From contig OX597817.1 in NCBI GenBank assembly GCA_951406725.2, forward strand, positions 121,768,001-121,832,000: 64,000 bases of DNA. The letters are read 5' to 3'. Below are positions 44,220 through 57,897 of the stretch, piece by piece. The notes under the pieces were generated by a model. The model was given only the letters and a program-made list of their open reading frames with translations, had not been told where the DNA came from and did not search any database. The position numbers and the translations under genes are program-made. This DNA comes from Octopus vulgaris. Its lineage: Eukaryota. The first letter of the stretch is position 1. The number at the start of each line of letters is the position of its first letter.

Positions 44220-45572
44220 AAACGTGAACAGTAGAACCCTTAAATTTCGAAGATGCAACCACAAATGTCGTCCATATCAATCATCGGTAGAGGTCATAGT
44301 ACACGTAATCAGCAACTACCAAGAAATGTTATCGCAGTACTACCTCCCACCGCTACGCCACTTTGTTCGAAAAAAAATTGATATAGGATAAGTATAAATA
44401 TCAACTCCTCAACTATGATGCTGAATTCTTGCAGAAAGGACCAAAGGTCTTTCTTAAACCATGGGATAATAATGCTAATTTCTCAGATCCTGTGACGGAT
44501 AGAGATTTTATTTTTGGCAGTAACTTTTATATTTTTCATTCGATTTTAATGAAATTTGAGATTTAGGTACATTTTGTGGTACGGGAGACGGTAAAGGTTT
44601 TAATTTAATTCTAGAATGTTTTGAACAGCATCTTTCTGGAGCAGCTTTCAGGACGGCGGTGCGCCTACAAATCGATCGACACTGTTGTCAACACTGCCGG
44701 TGCTACGGAGTATGCTGTTGAAGAATTGAACACTCTAGCACCATCAGGTCTACCACCCCATGATTTGCAGCTAAAGATAGGCGCTCCAGTTATGCTGTTG
44801 AGGAACTTGGATTCACCTAAACTTTGCAATGGCACGCGACTAATCATGAAAAAATTGATGCCGAAAGTCATTTAGGCGACAATTCTAACAGGAAAGGCAA
44901 GTGGTGATACTGTTTTCATCCCCAGAATTCCACTGAGTCCAGCTATCTCGGCTGTGGAGTTCAAGCGGCTACAATTCCCAGTCAAACTCAGTTTTGCTAT
45001 GAGCAGAAATAAGCCCAAGGTCAGTTATTGGAGGTGGTTGGACTTAACCTCATTGAACTTGCCTTCTCTCATGATCAACTATACGTAGGATGCTCAAGAG
45101 CTGACAATCCTCGAATCATTTTCATCTACACCTAAGTAAGTAAGACAGAAAATGTCGTCTACCAAGAGGCGCTACAGGACTGAATTTCAACAAACAAGAT
45201 GAAAAAGGACAGTCAAGTCTCCAATCCTCCCATAAAAACATCTTCGAGCTAGCCGCCTCACGACACCATTGTAAGTACCTCTTTACAAAAGTGAATTAAT
45301 TTTCTCAAAACACGTTCTTAAAGTCTTCATTAGTTACTTCAGCCTCACTTCGCTGCACCACTGAACACGTCGACGTCGGCTGCAAAACCTCCACTCCGTC
45401 AACAAAATTCCGTTGCCTGCTCAGACCATTTCCCCTCCGCCTGCCACATATCTACTCATCCTGCAACAGCCTGTGAGTAATAGTTGGCACGGGGAACGCA
45501 GGAGATTTCAATACAATGTCAGAGGTGGGCTTAACTACAACACGGAAAATACGAGCAACGCCGGGTCCACAG
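44220..45572 (+). mobile_element. Helitron remnant with PIF1-like helicase C-terminus
   Basis: 44621-45183 translates to SGLPPHDLQLKIGAPVMLLRNL...LCNGTRL...FIPRIPL...FKRLQFPVKLSFAM...QGQ...SHDQLYVGCSR...TENVVYQEAL. Subterminal GCAACGCCGGG at ~45555. The 5' boundary is approximate. Confidence 0.9.
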
Positions 45573-45648
45573 AACGCCATGATCGATCGTTAGCTCCTAC
45601 ACGCATTTTTTTCTCTCCTTGTTTCTCTTCTTGTTTTTTGTCTGTGTA

Positions 45649-45686
45649 TCTTTCTGTCGAGGAGCGTAGGCTCGAAACGTAAAAGA
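45649..45686 (+). ncRNA. Minimal type I hammerhead ribozyme (one core substitution)
   Basis: UCUUU-CUGUCGA-G-GAGC(guag)GCUC-GAAA-CG-UA|AAAGA, with palindromic mini stem III ACGU. It lies within a ~210-bp element (45573-45783) ending at (TA)n. Confidence 0.7.
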
Positions 45687-46032
45687 CTTGTTCTATTTCC
45701 TTCCTGAGCGCCATAATAATACATTTGTTTGTTTGTATTCCACCTGCCTTCGTCTTTTGTTTATTTTCGTAAACCTTCCCGTTATATATATATATATAGA
45801 GAGAGAGATAGATAGATAGATAGATATATATGAGAGAGAGAGAGAGACAGATAGATAGATAGATGAATATTATATTCAGTGTTTAGAGCTGATATACTCA
45901 TACTCGACAGATAAAAACTTGTATATGATACCTTTCAATTAAATTCATTTGATTTGACCAGTAAATTCAGCTCGTAAGACTATTCAATAGAAAGGGCAAA
46001 CCAACTTTTTAATTTCAAAATTTAACAGCATA

Positions 46033-46455
46033 GGTGTGGGAGTGGCTGTGTGGTAAGTAACTTGCTTACCAACCACATGGTTCCGGGTTCACTCCCACTG
46101 CGTGTCGCCTTGGGGAAGTGTCCTCTACTATAGCCTCACATCGTCCAAAGCCTTGTGAGTGGATTTGGTAGATGGAAACTGAAAGAAGTCAGCCGTATAT
46201 ATGCATATATATATGTATGTATTGTATTGTATATGTTTATGTTTCTGTGTTTGTCCCCCCCCCCCAACATCGCTTGAAACGTATACTGGTGTGTTTACGT
46301 CCCCGTAACTTAGTGGTTCGGCAAAAGAGAAGTATAGAATAAGTACTAGGCTTACAAAGAATAAGTCGTGGGGTCGATTTGCTCGACTAAAGGCGGTGCA
46401 CCAGCATGGTCACAGTAAAAATACTGAAACAAGTAAAACAGAGTAAAAGAGAGTA
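46033..46455 (+). mobile_element. SINE family 1, full length
   Basis: GGTGTGGGAGTGGCTGTGTGG...GGTTCACTCCC head, central simple repeat, GAAACAAGTAAAACAGAGTAAAAGAG tail. Confidence 0.92.
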
Positions 46456-46525
46456 TTTAAAGGTTGAAGACTCTTTATCTAATGGTAACACTGAGCTTCA
46501 TATATTTTACCATTGGACTACATAC

Positions 46526-46636
46526 ATAACATTGTAATGCAATACAACTGACTAAAGAAGTCGACAATGAACATGAAATAAATAAAAACGAAACACAATA
46601 AGCAAGTAAGATATTTAAAGACATGAAGAGTGAACA
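46526..46636 (-). pseudogene. Piezo-like relic exon candidate (111 nt, open)
   Basis: AAACAG| ... |GTATGT boundaries. LHVFKYLTCLLCFVFIYFMFIVDFFSQLY vs GVYAKYWIYVCAGMFIVV...KIVY. Confidence 0.35.
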
Positions 46637-47473
46637 CTGTTTTAAAATTATAAACACCGACCTCAGATTTCATTGGTATTAAAACTACAGCTTTACTGAA
46701 ACTGAATTGCATTTAAGGTAGGGTTTTATACTTCATGAAATATCAGTGTCATGTCTGTAAATTAATTTCCTTATGCGTTAAATTTGGTCAAAAGTTTGAT
46801 TGGTGCTGCCGAATAATATAGTTCATATCAACGCAGCGTTAATATTCTTCATCTATAACACTGGATATAACTCGAAGACTGATCAGAAATAAATACCTGA
46901 AATGACAATTTGGTTATAGAGAAAATCTTATTCCCATACACTACATTCGAATTACAAAAAGCTAAAAGCTAAGCTGTGTCTGACTATCTCGTTTATCATA
47001 TTTTGTGACTACAGAGACATTTTGCAGAATAAATTGGAAATAATTGCCATAGGTTATCAGTCTTGTTATACTTAACTCTGCCTTCAGACGTTCTCTTCAG
47101 TTTTTCTTGACATTTAACTCCTTCTACCCACATTACCACTGTTCTCCTGATCAAATAATTGTGATATAAATAACACACATAGCTTCAGAAAGCACATGCA
47201 TATATAGATACACACACGTAGACACACACACACACACGCACAGAGAAAAGGATAGACACACACATAAAAGAGACAGACACACGCAGACACACATATGTAT
47301 TATCACAAAACTGTATCTTGTAATTTTTGTTGTATAAATCTTATTCAACACACATGTTATTCACCCTTTTTAACATAATAACAAATGTAGATTAATTGCG
47401 TTGTTGTGAGTGTATATATATCTATATATATATCCACACACACAAGCATATATACATCTCTATATAAGCATAT

Positions 47474-47474
47474 G

Positions 47475-47573
<99 letters not shown>

Positions 47574-47612
47574 ATATATATATATATATGTATGTATATA
47601 TATATATATATG

Positions 47613-47707
<95 letters not shown>
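47474..47707. repeat. Long interrupted (TA)n array
   Basis: TA array with sporadic TG units. Confidence 0.97.
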
Positions 47708-47710
<3 letters not shown>

Positions 47711-48470
47711 AGTATATACAATATGTGTTTGTGTGTGCGTGTGTATATGTAGATGTGTCAGTAACGGGAAAACTAACAAATCAATAGTTTTTTAGTCCAA
47801 ACAATACTCCCTTTACTTCTTATTTCTTTCCAACTTGAACTGTAATTGACTTATGTTGATCATTCACACGCATACACAGACATAAATACACATGTATACA
47901 CACATTTATGTGTGTGTGTGTGTGTGTGTGTAAGTGTGTGCATGTGGATACTTGTATGTATACATGTATATATACACATATATGTATGATTAATGTCCTT
48001 ATATGTAATTTTAGATTGGAATGATTTCTATGTAACATAAATGTTAATCAACAACTTGACCTTTTCAAGATAGTTCTAAAAAGAAACATCTTTATTTTTT
48101 TTCTTAATTACATATAATTGCTGTTCTAAATGTTTATGAATAATAATGAAAAAAAAAAAACGGAATTGATACATACGAATTTTTCTAAAAATGCGATGTA
48201 CACAAATATAGGTTCCAAATATTTCATAATATATTAATACACATTGTATTATTTTAGGTCGCTGGGAGCCTGAAACAAATTACGACTGCAATAATTTAAG
48301 TAAAGCAATTTTAAGCAATATAGTATGAAATGTATAACATCTCTGGTGTATACTGGATTTTAAAAATAAATCATGACTATTAACTTTATCATTTATTTCC
48401 GTTATTCTTGATTAATATCTTCGTTCCATAGATATATACATTCAATCTAAAATCATTATTTATTAAATTG

Positions 48471-48686
48471 AAGGCGGCGAGCCAGCAGAATCGTTTGCAC
48501 TACAGGTCAATGCTTAGCGGCGTTTCGTCCTACTTTACGTTCCGAGTTCAAGTTCCGCCGAGGTCAACTTTGCTTTTCATCTTTTCAGGGGCGATAAAAT
48601 AAGAATAAGATGAGCACTGGTGTCGATGTAATCAACTTATCCCCTTTCCCAAAATTACCGGCTTTGAGCCAAATTTTGAAATCATA
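48471..48686 (+). mobile_element. SINE family 2
   Basis: AAGGCGGCGAGCCAGCAGAATCG...GTTCAAGTTCCGCCGAGGTC...CCCAAAATT. Confidence 0.88.
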
Positions 48687-48768
48687 GTATTTTTCCGCTT
48701 TAATTTATTTCTCTATTCTTTCAGAATGTCGTTCTCTAGCTGTACATACACACATACATGTATAAATT

Positions 48769-48949
48769 AAAGGAAAACAAAACCAAGGCAGCACAAGTAT
48801 TTCAGGTCATTTAAAATATCTAATTAGAGTAAGGTGAATAAAAAATGGAGATGCAGAAGTTATTAGAATTATTTTTTTATTCACCTTACTCTAATTAAAT
48901 ATCCTAAATGACCTGACATACTCATCCAGCCTTGGTTTTGTTTTCCTTT
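48769..48949. repeat. Foldback inverted repeat (~77-bp arms, ~26-nt spacer)
   Basis: AAAGGAAAACAAAACCAAGGC...TAATTAGAGTAAGGTGAATAAAAAA and its reverse complement at 48872-48949. Confidence 0.9.
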
Positions 48950-49403
48950 TCCTTTAGTATATACCTTCTGACTCGAAAGTCTACTACGGATCCCTAGCTC
49001 CAGTCTCAGCTGTGAACTTAGAGCCTAACGGATGACCAATTATAGCACTTAAGCAGTGTACCTACTGGTTTAGATGATCACTAAACTAAACCTCTCAAAT
49101 TCTCTCTAAGTATATAGGAAACATAAAAGCTGAAAATGTACTGACAATAGTTAGTATATTTTTTTTAAATATTATATTTAAAGATTTAACCGGTTTCACA
49201 GTTTACAGTGATTTTTAAAAAATTGAAATAGTAAGACGCGGCTTATGTCGCAGCTCTTTTACTTCAGACGTATTTCTGTTTCAAATCTTTGAAAATGAGT
49301 GTAAACTGTGAAAGTATAACAAAAATTTTATGAACTATTCTCAGTGCATTTTCACCTTCTATTTTTTTCTATATTTCTACCCGTGTGGAATAAAATAATT
49401 TTA

Positions 49404-50087
<684 letters not shown>

Positions 50088-50439
50088 ACCACAGTAACAA
50101 TATTGGAAAACGAAAACATTGTGTGTGTCAGCAACACCAATTACTTTACAGACTGAATATTAATACTTAATGTCACATTTAGTGCTAATTGATGTTACAT
50201 ATTTAAACTAACAGCTAAACACCTCTAAGTCAACAGAGATGTAAATTGTTTTAAAGGCGATTTTTTTGTCTTTCAGCGATGAATCACTAGTTAGGTGATG
50301 AGCCTGCTATACAAACCTACTTAAATATCATCTTCGAGTAAGTAGTGTGATGAATTTCAATAAATCTATGAATTTCAATAAATTACAATATAATGTATTG
50401 AAAAATATATATATAAATGATAAACAGCCTGAAATTTAA

Positions 50440-50690
50440 GTTAGGTAATTTAGCTTTGCAGGAAAGAAGTAAAGCTGATTTGATGAATTATCTGTTAAAT
50501 ATGTAAGACATTTTGTAGAGGAAGGCGTGTTGTTTCCGCCCGTAACATTTACGCAAACTAATTTCACTGAGCGCAATGAGAGGCTATTGAGAATGCAATC
50601 AGTAATGTATTTCCTGTAATTGTTATCATTAAGAAGATATTGAACATCATACGACAGCAATAGATACACACGCAATTAGATACATACCTT
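50440..50690 (-). pseudogene. Piezo-like relic segment
   Basis: MYLIACVSIAVV*CSI (TGA where Trp is expected) vs SYVCALIAMMVWSI. Confidence 0.35.
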
Positions 50691-50697
50691 AGGTATA

Positions 50698-51317
50698 TCT
50701 ATATATATAAAACTCAACATGTGTGTCTGTGTGTGTTTCTGTGTGTGTGTCTGTGTGTTTAAATTCCCGGCACATCTCCTCCTAACCAACAAATCGTAGA
50801 ACCACCAAAATGGGTCACTTAAAGTTTAGGCGAATGAAAATTGAACTGCCCTATTTCTGTTCCGAAATTCATCTCGCAAGTGCAAAAATCGATAATGTGT
50901 TTGTTTAGGCCTTATCCCATGCATTGAATAGTGAACTTTACTCAGTCAGCTGTTTGACGTGAACTGTGTTCACCACGCGTGCAAGCATGCGTAAATTGCA
51001 TGAAAAACAAAAAAAAAATCAAGATATAAAAATGAATCGCCGTAAACATTGTAGAAATTGGGCAAAGAAATGAATTTTCGGGATGTAGCCTGGAGGGTTT
51101 TTTCGTATCAATCGTTTCGACTTTGTGAACACATACCAATTGTTTTCATAACATTTTTAACGCTTTGAATTAAATGTGACCATTTTTCGTTGAGTTTGCA
51201 GTTTGAATCACTTTAACCAAATTTGAGCAGGCCGGATTTTTGATCATCATGATACATCGCCAGCGACTCCCTGAAACTCTCCCCTGAAATCCCCGTTGAG
51301 CCGGGCAATACTGCTAG
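50698..51317 (+). mobile_element. Non-autonomous Helitron (620 bp)
   Basis: A|TCTATATATATAAAA 5' end, (TG/TC) tract, subterminal hairpin CCCG-TTGAGC-CGGG, 3' CTAG|T. A-T insertion site and no TSD. Confidence 0.85.
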
Positions 51318-51509
51318 TTTCTTATATATTTCTTATATATATGTATAGAATAATATATTATTTTAAGAATATAAGATATAATATATATATATAAATTTTA
51401 ATTTTTGAATTGAGAAATGTATACCTACATTTTCTATTGATTTATATATACATGCATATGTATATACATATATATCTGTATATCTATCTATGTACATCTC
51501 TCTCTCTCT

Positions 51510-51513
51510 CTAT

Positions 51514-51596
<83 letters not shown>
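51510..51596. repeat. (TATC)n microsatellite
   Basis: Tetranucleotide array. Confidence 0.95.
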
Positions 51597-51597
<1 letters not shown>

Positions 51598-51599
51598 GT

Positions 51600-51757
51600 G
51601 TGTGTACAAATATACACACATATACGTATAAATACATAGTCAACGTCATCCTCGCGTAGGTATATGGACATTTATACAAATGAAAACACATACGTAAAAC
51701 ATAAAACTTATACATATTCACATTCACCGCATACATGAATATACATACGTATAGGGG

Positions 51758-51805
<48 letters not shown>

Positions 51806-53170
51806 AGTACACCCTCCTCTATCAACACACCTAAACCTGCAGATATGCAAGCGTATATACATAGACTTAAACTCGTATATATACTTACATTCGTACACAT
51901 GTACAAATGCACACACATACACATCTGATATATGCTTATACATACAAATACATATAAAAATATATAAAATATATAAGAAATGCTAAGCCACATGACAGTC
52001 CTGTACAAGGGAACAATATATAAAGCAGTTTATATCTATGATCTTGGGGGCCCCAAAAACGTAACAAGTATTTTGTCATATTAGAACATTTTCCAAAAAG
52101 TTCAGTTCTTGAATTTAGACGTGTAGCAGTGTCTAAACGTTTCCAGACGAGCCATCTTTCCATATCGCAAAGACCGCACTTCCGACTGCCGTTGATGTAA
52201 GGTTTACACTTAGCCGAGATCTTCCAGTGAATCTTATAGTTGACACCTTGTTCTTTTATAAAAATGAATAATTTGGTCGTTCTTCTTTTATCCCAGTCTC
52301 GCGGCGAATGTAAATATGTATACGTTTTATGTTTTGCGTATGTGTTTTCATTTGTATAAATGTCCATATATCTACGTGCGGATGATGTATTTATACGTTT
52401 GTGTGTGTGTATTTTTGTACATCTATACGCATATGCGTGGTTTTGTCTATCAGCGTGTGTGTATGTGTATATTCATACATGCAGCGTGTGTGAATATATG
52501 CCTGATACGAAACGTTAATACATGAATATTGTTTACGGTTTTAATAAGTATTTTCATTTATAAAAGCTCTAAGATAAATGTAAACTTTTTTTCTATGAGA
52601 AGATGAAGTTATATACACATATATACGTATGTGTGTTCGTATTTTTATATTTATATGTATATATATATATTTTTAAGCACGTATATGAATATGCATGTGT
52701 TTGCATATGAGCATAATAATATGTGTAGGCACATAGACGTATGTGCGTGCATGCGTGTATTCATGTGTATGTGCATTCACGTATATATATTTTTATATAT
52801 GTATGTGTATGTGAGTATGGAAATATATACGCATCTGTCTGCATTTGTGTATGTATATTTATGTACATATACATGTGTACGTATGTAGATTTTATGAATA
52901 AAGATTTCTATTTTTACGTGTTTGTATATTTATATCGTTAACTTTTATTCATTTTCTCACGCCTATTAGAGTATCTTCCCTTTATTCAAGGTTTTTGTCA
53001 TAGCATTTTTGTCGTAATAACTGATGAGGATGCCCCAGCATCTGAAATCTGAGAATTATTATGACAAATAACTGAGTTTCCTATTTTATATATTTCTAGA
53101 TAAATTCCCTTATTTACATAATATCGAGGTCTCATTTATTCTCTTATTGTCATATTCTTCTTCTTCTTAA
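51600..53170 (-). mobile_element. Penelope-like element 3' end with an inverted pLTR
   Basis: 52030-52300 (minus) gives IHWKISAKCKPY...KCGLCDMER...RLNSRTELFGKC..MTKYLL, a typical PLE endonuclease C-terminus. 51603-51730 is inverted relative to 52301-52421, and the inverted arm carries a hammerhead. Confidence 0.8.
53008..53068 (+). ncRNA. Hammerhead ribozyme, cleavage-site U mutated
   Basis: UUUGUCGUAAUAA-CUGAUGA-GGAUGC(ccca)GCAUCU-GAAA-UCUGAG-AA-UUAUUAUGACAAA. 13-bp stem I, but A replaces U16.1. Confidence 0.7.
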
Positions 53171-54000
53171 TATATATATATATATATATATAAATACACA
53201 CAAATAATTCAACTTACAAATCGCGTTTGAGCGTATAAAGCTCTAGAAGTAAACAGCATGAGTTAAAACACTTGAGCCACTTTAGGAAAGCTTTTTCTAA
53301 TGTATGACTGCTCAGTGACGTGGTTGAAATCGTACTGGTTAGCAATAAAGGCTTAACAGCTGTCTGTGGCCCATGCCAGACATACGTACGCACAACGTTT
53401 TCCATTGAAGGAGAAATGTAAAAACTGTTTTTAAATAGACGGAGTCCCAAAAATTAAGAATAAGTACTCTCGTAGGGAGAAGGTACAAATAACGTAACGA
53501 AAAATATATTTATGCACGACAAAACTGAAATACACTGAAGTAAATTCTTAAGCATGTGGAAAACTAAATGAGAGAGAGAGCGAGAGAGATAGGGAGAAAG
53601 GGAGAGAGGGCGATAGAGTGAGTGAAAGAAACAGAGTTAAAGAGAGGAGCTATTATAGAGCGTGAGAGAGAATATATGTAAGCAAGAAAAACAGAGAATG
53701 AGAAAAAAGAGAGAAAAACTAGAGAAAGAAAAAGGAGAGAATTGGTTGAAAACTGCAAGAGTCCAAGGGAGCAAATCAGGTGAAAATGTTTTTAGAGAAA
53801 AACACGTATAAAACAAATTTGTTCCAAGTTTTTTACTTTACGCGCGAGCTCTAGGCAAAATATTATAGAGCATTACATTCTTTGCACATGAGTAATATGA
53901 GTATAAAGTTTGGTGAAAATCGGTTGCAAACTGTAGAAACGCATACGTACCACATATACATACATATATATAAACATCATTTGTGTTATATTTATAGATA

Positions 54001-54046
<46 letters not shown>

Positions 54047-54094
54047 ATATATATATATATGAACATATATATATATGTAAATACATATATATAT

Positions 54095-54137
<43 letters not shown>

Positions 54138-54187
54138 AATACATATATATATATATACACACACACATATATATATATATATTTTTT

Positions 54188-54573
54188 TTCTTTTCTACTC
54201 TAGGCACAAGGCCTGAAATTTTGGGGGAGGTGGCAGTCGAAAAGATCGACACCAGTACTTAATTTATCGATCCCGAAAGGATGAAAGGCAAAGTTGACCT
54301 TGGCGGAATTTGAACTCTGAACGTAAAAACAGACGAAATACCTATTACTTTACTACCCACAAGGGGCTAAACATAGAGAGGACAAACATGGACAGACATA
54401 GGTATTAAGTCGATTATATCGACCCCAGTGCTTAACTGGTACTTAATTTATCGTCCCCGAAAGGATGAAAGGCAAAGTCGACCTCGGCGGAATTTGAACT
54501 CAACGTAACGGCAGCCGAAATACCGCTAAGTATTTCGCCCGGCGTGCTAACGTTTCTGTCAGCTCGCCGCCTT
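54188..54573 (-). mobile_element. Dimeric SINE family 2
   Basis: A full monomer (54343-54573) is fused to a head-less second monomer (54188-54342) with a different 3' tail. Confidence 0.88.
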
Positions 54574-54583
54574 ATCTACACAC

Positions 54584-54640
<57 letters not shown>

Positions 54641-55449
54641 CACTTTAGTATATTCTATATAATGAAAATATTATGTGCTCGTGCATATTTAATATACGGC
54701 TACATTCATTCTAGATATATATAACTGTTTTGTCGTATTTTCTTTTTAATTCTCTACTTTTGGGAAAGATAACATTAGATTTCTGAATCCATTAGTTCGA
54801 TGTTTTGAGATCTCCAGAATCTCATTTTCAGATAAAAATTTTACAATAGATTGCAGTCTGTGCATTTTGGAGATATCTCCCCAGGGGTCTGTGGAAAAAA
54901 ATGCTACAAGAGATAAATATTCCTCGACGAAAATTTTGAAATAATATAACGTTAAATCGTAATATTCTTTATATGATATCTGACATATATTTATATTTTC
55001 TGTACCTGTGTTTTTGAATATTATTTTTTCCACTATTAGCAAAGCTTCCAAAATTATTCTTACTTCCTGTGGAATTCTATATAAAATTGTGTAGATGAGC
55101 TGTTTTCGTATAAAATATTTTCTGTACTGCATTATAACGAGTTGAAATGATTCCTTGTAAATTTATTGTCAACCTCGAGTGTTTGCGCGTGTGCATGAGT
55201 TTGTGTATGTTTCTTCGTGCATGTGCCTATACCTATACATAAGGGGTATAAGTGTGTATATGCGTGAGCGCGCGTATGTGTATATACCTAAATATAAGGA
55301 CATGCACATCCATATAATTACGTACGTAACATTTAGAAACAAACTGTTGCCTTTCCATTACCATTTTGTTTCAATCTCCGAGTTCTTAAACTCACAATAT
55401 GCAACATTTTCATTAACAACAATAACAATAACAATAGCAGTAATAATAA

Positions 55450-56006
<557 letters not shown>

Positions 56007-56606
56007 TAATGATAATAGACACAATTAGATCGATTCTGCTTGCTCGCGGCGTTAATAATATTAATAATAGACAATTTGAGTGAACATATATTTGACAATC
56101 ATTCTTTTCTTTTTCATCCCAAATAGATATGAGATCTGGAAAATTATTGATATAAAATTGAAATGATGTTTTATTGATGGTCTGATATGAAGCTGCGTTT
56201 TTGTTTTTCCTCCACCAGTTCAATGTCGCGACTCGTGCATGTTGCTATCACGTCGGCTCGTCGGACGTACAGACGCTATCGCGCCGTCTCAGAAATACAG
56301 ACGCTATCGTGCCTGCTCGTCGGACGTACAGACGCTCAGATGTTATCTCACCAATTGATGATTCAGACTGTAGCATCCACTGTAAATGTGCAAAGAACAA
56401 AAGATTGATCTCGATGGTGGTTCATTATATTAATTTAAGTGTTCGAGAGCTGTATTCATATAGTATACAGGAATATATTCTTGTTTAATACCAGTCAATA
56501 TTACCTGTTTACAATTTTTGCTGCATAGATCTCAATCCTGAGAGTGTGTGTGTGTGTGTGTGAATATATACTCGTGCACATATAAATGTACGTAGATAAA
56601 GGCATA

Positions 56607-56701
<95 letters not shown>

Positions 56702-56731
56702 TTATATATATATATTTATGTATAAATATAA

Positions 56732-56785
<54 letters not shown>

Positions 56786-57055
56786 GTATATATATGTATA
56801 TGTATATATATAATTATGTATATATATAAATTTATGAGTATACACTTATTTATGTATATATATTAATTTACGTGTACATATATATTTATATGTGTGAGTG
56901 AGTATATTTATGCATGCATGTATTGTGTACCATTCTTCAGAATCAATGTCAAATTAAAATAAACAACTTCCCTTAGTGCTTGATAGAGAGCACTTTATTG
57001 GCATTCGGAATACACATGTAGTAAAACACACTTCCATTTACATGATGTCTCATAC

Positions 57056-57274
57056 GTCTTTCATCACAGACATATACATGCGCCAACTTGGTCTCAAGCA
57101 TATAAAAGCCACCCGCATAAGAACGATTATAAATTCAAAAGGAGTACTTATCAAATATTAATTATTGATGGAATAGACTATAGAAGACTTATTATGATGT
57201 TTTCAATTATTAAGTAAATGAAATTTAATCGCATTCTCTATTTTTCCATACCTACTCCACAATTATGTCCAAGG

Positions 57275-57312
<38 letters not shown>

Positions 57313-57655
57313 ATTTTGATTTTTTTTTTTGATTTTTCCAGTTTCAGCTAATGATATGCTGGGGCACCGCCATATATATATATGAGGTCTGATCAATACG
57401 TATCCAGACTGTTGCGATGTGTGTGATTATTTAGTGGTTACTGAGGTGTGTCAGTCTCGAGCAGGATTCGATACATCTAATCGAAGCGGTTGTTGTTTAC
57501 ATCTCAGTTTTGTCAATCAAAATAACCCATAGTAGCAGAATATCCAGACATTACACGGTATCTATCAAGTTCATTTACACATTTCTCAATACAAACTGCT
57601 GTTATGACTTCCCTCACACGCTTTATGCTTCCATCGTAGTTGGGCAAATTTGCTA

Positions 57656-57729
<74 letters not shown>

Positions 57730-57778
57730 CACTATATGTATGTATGCATATGTGGAGGTGTGTGTCTATGTATGTATG

Positions 57779-57812
<34 letters not shown>

Positions 57813-57897
57813 TGTTTAGAGAGTCTTATATACCAGCTAATACACATAACATGATCATAAGCAGACAAAGCATTCCCAAATTCTTTAAAATACGCAT
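57056..57897 (-). pseudogene. Piezo-like relic: exon pair 57897-57834 and 57177-57056
   Basis: CAG|[21 protein letters not shown](G)|GT (phase 1) is phase-compatible with TAG|YSINN*YLISTPFEFIIVL..|GTATGA. Compare VAAGRVLAVTLLALAG|IAHPSALSSVYLLLFL. Confidence 0.4.
57480..57656 (+). mobile_element. Probable Helitron 3' fragment
   Basis: Ends GGGCAAATTTGCTAG|T, like GGGCAATACTGCTAG|T at 51303-51318. Confidence 0.4.

Noticed and set aside
46033-46105. tRNA gene
   Set aside because: A/B boxes are present, but the sequence continues into a SINE body and has no proper cloverleaf. The same applies to the other SINE heads.
54746-55132. 128-aa minus-strand ORF
   Set aside because: No recognisable motif or clear splice boundaries. 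It could be a variable loop of the Piezo relic, but that is unsupported.
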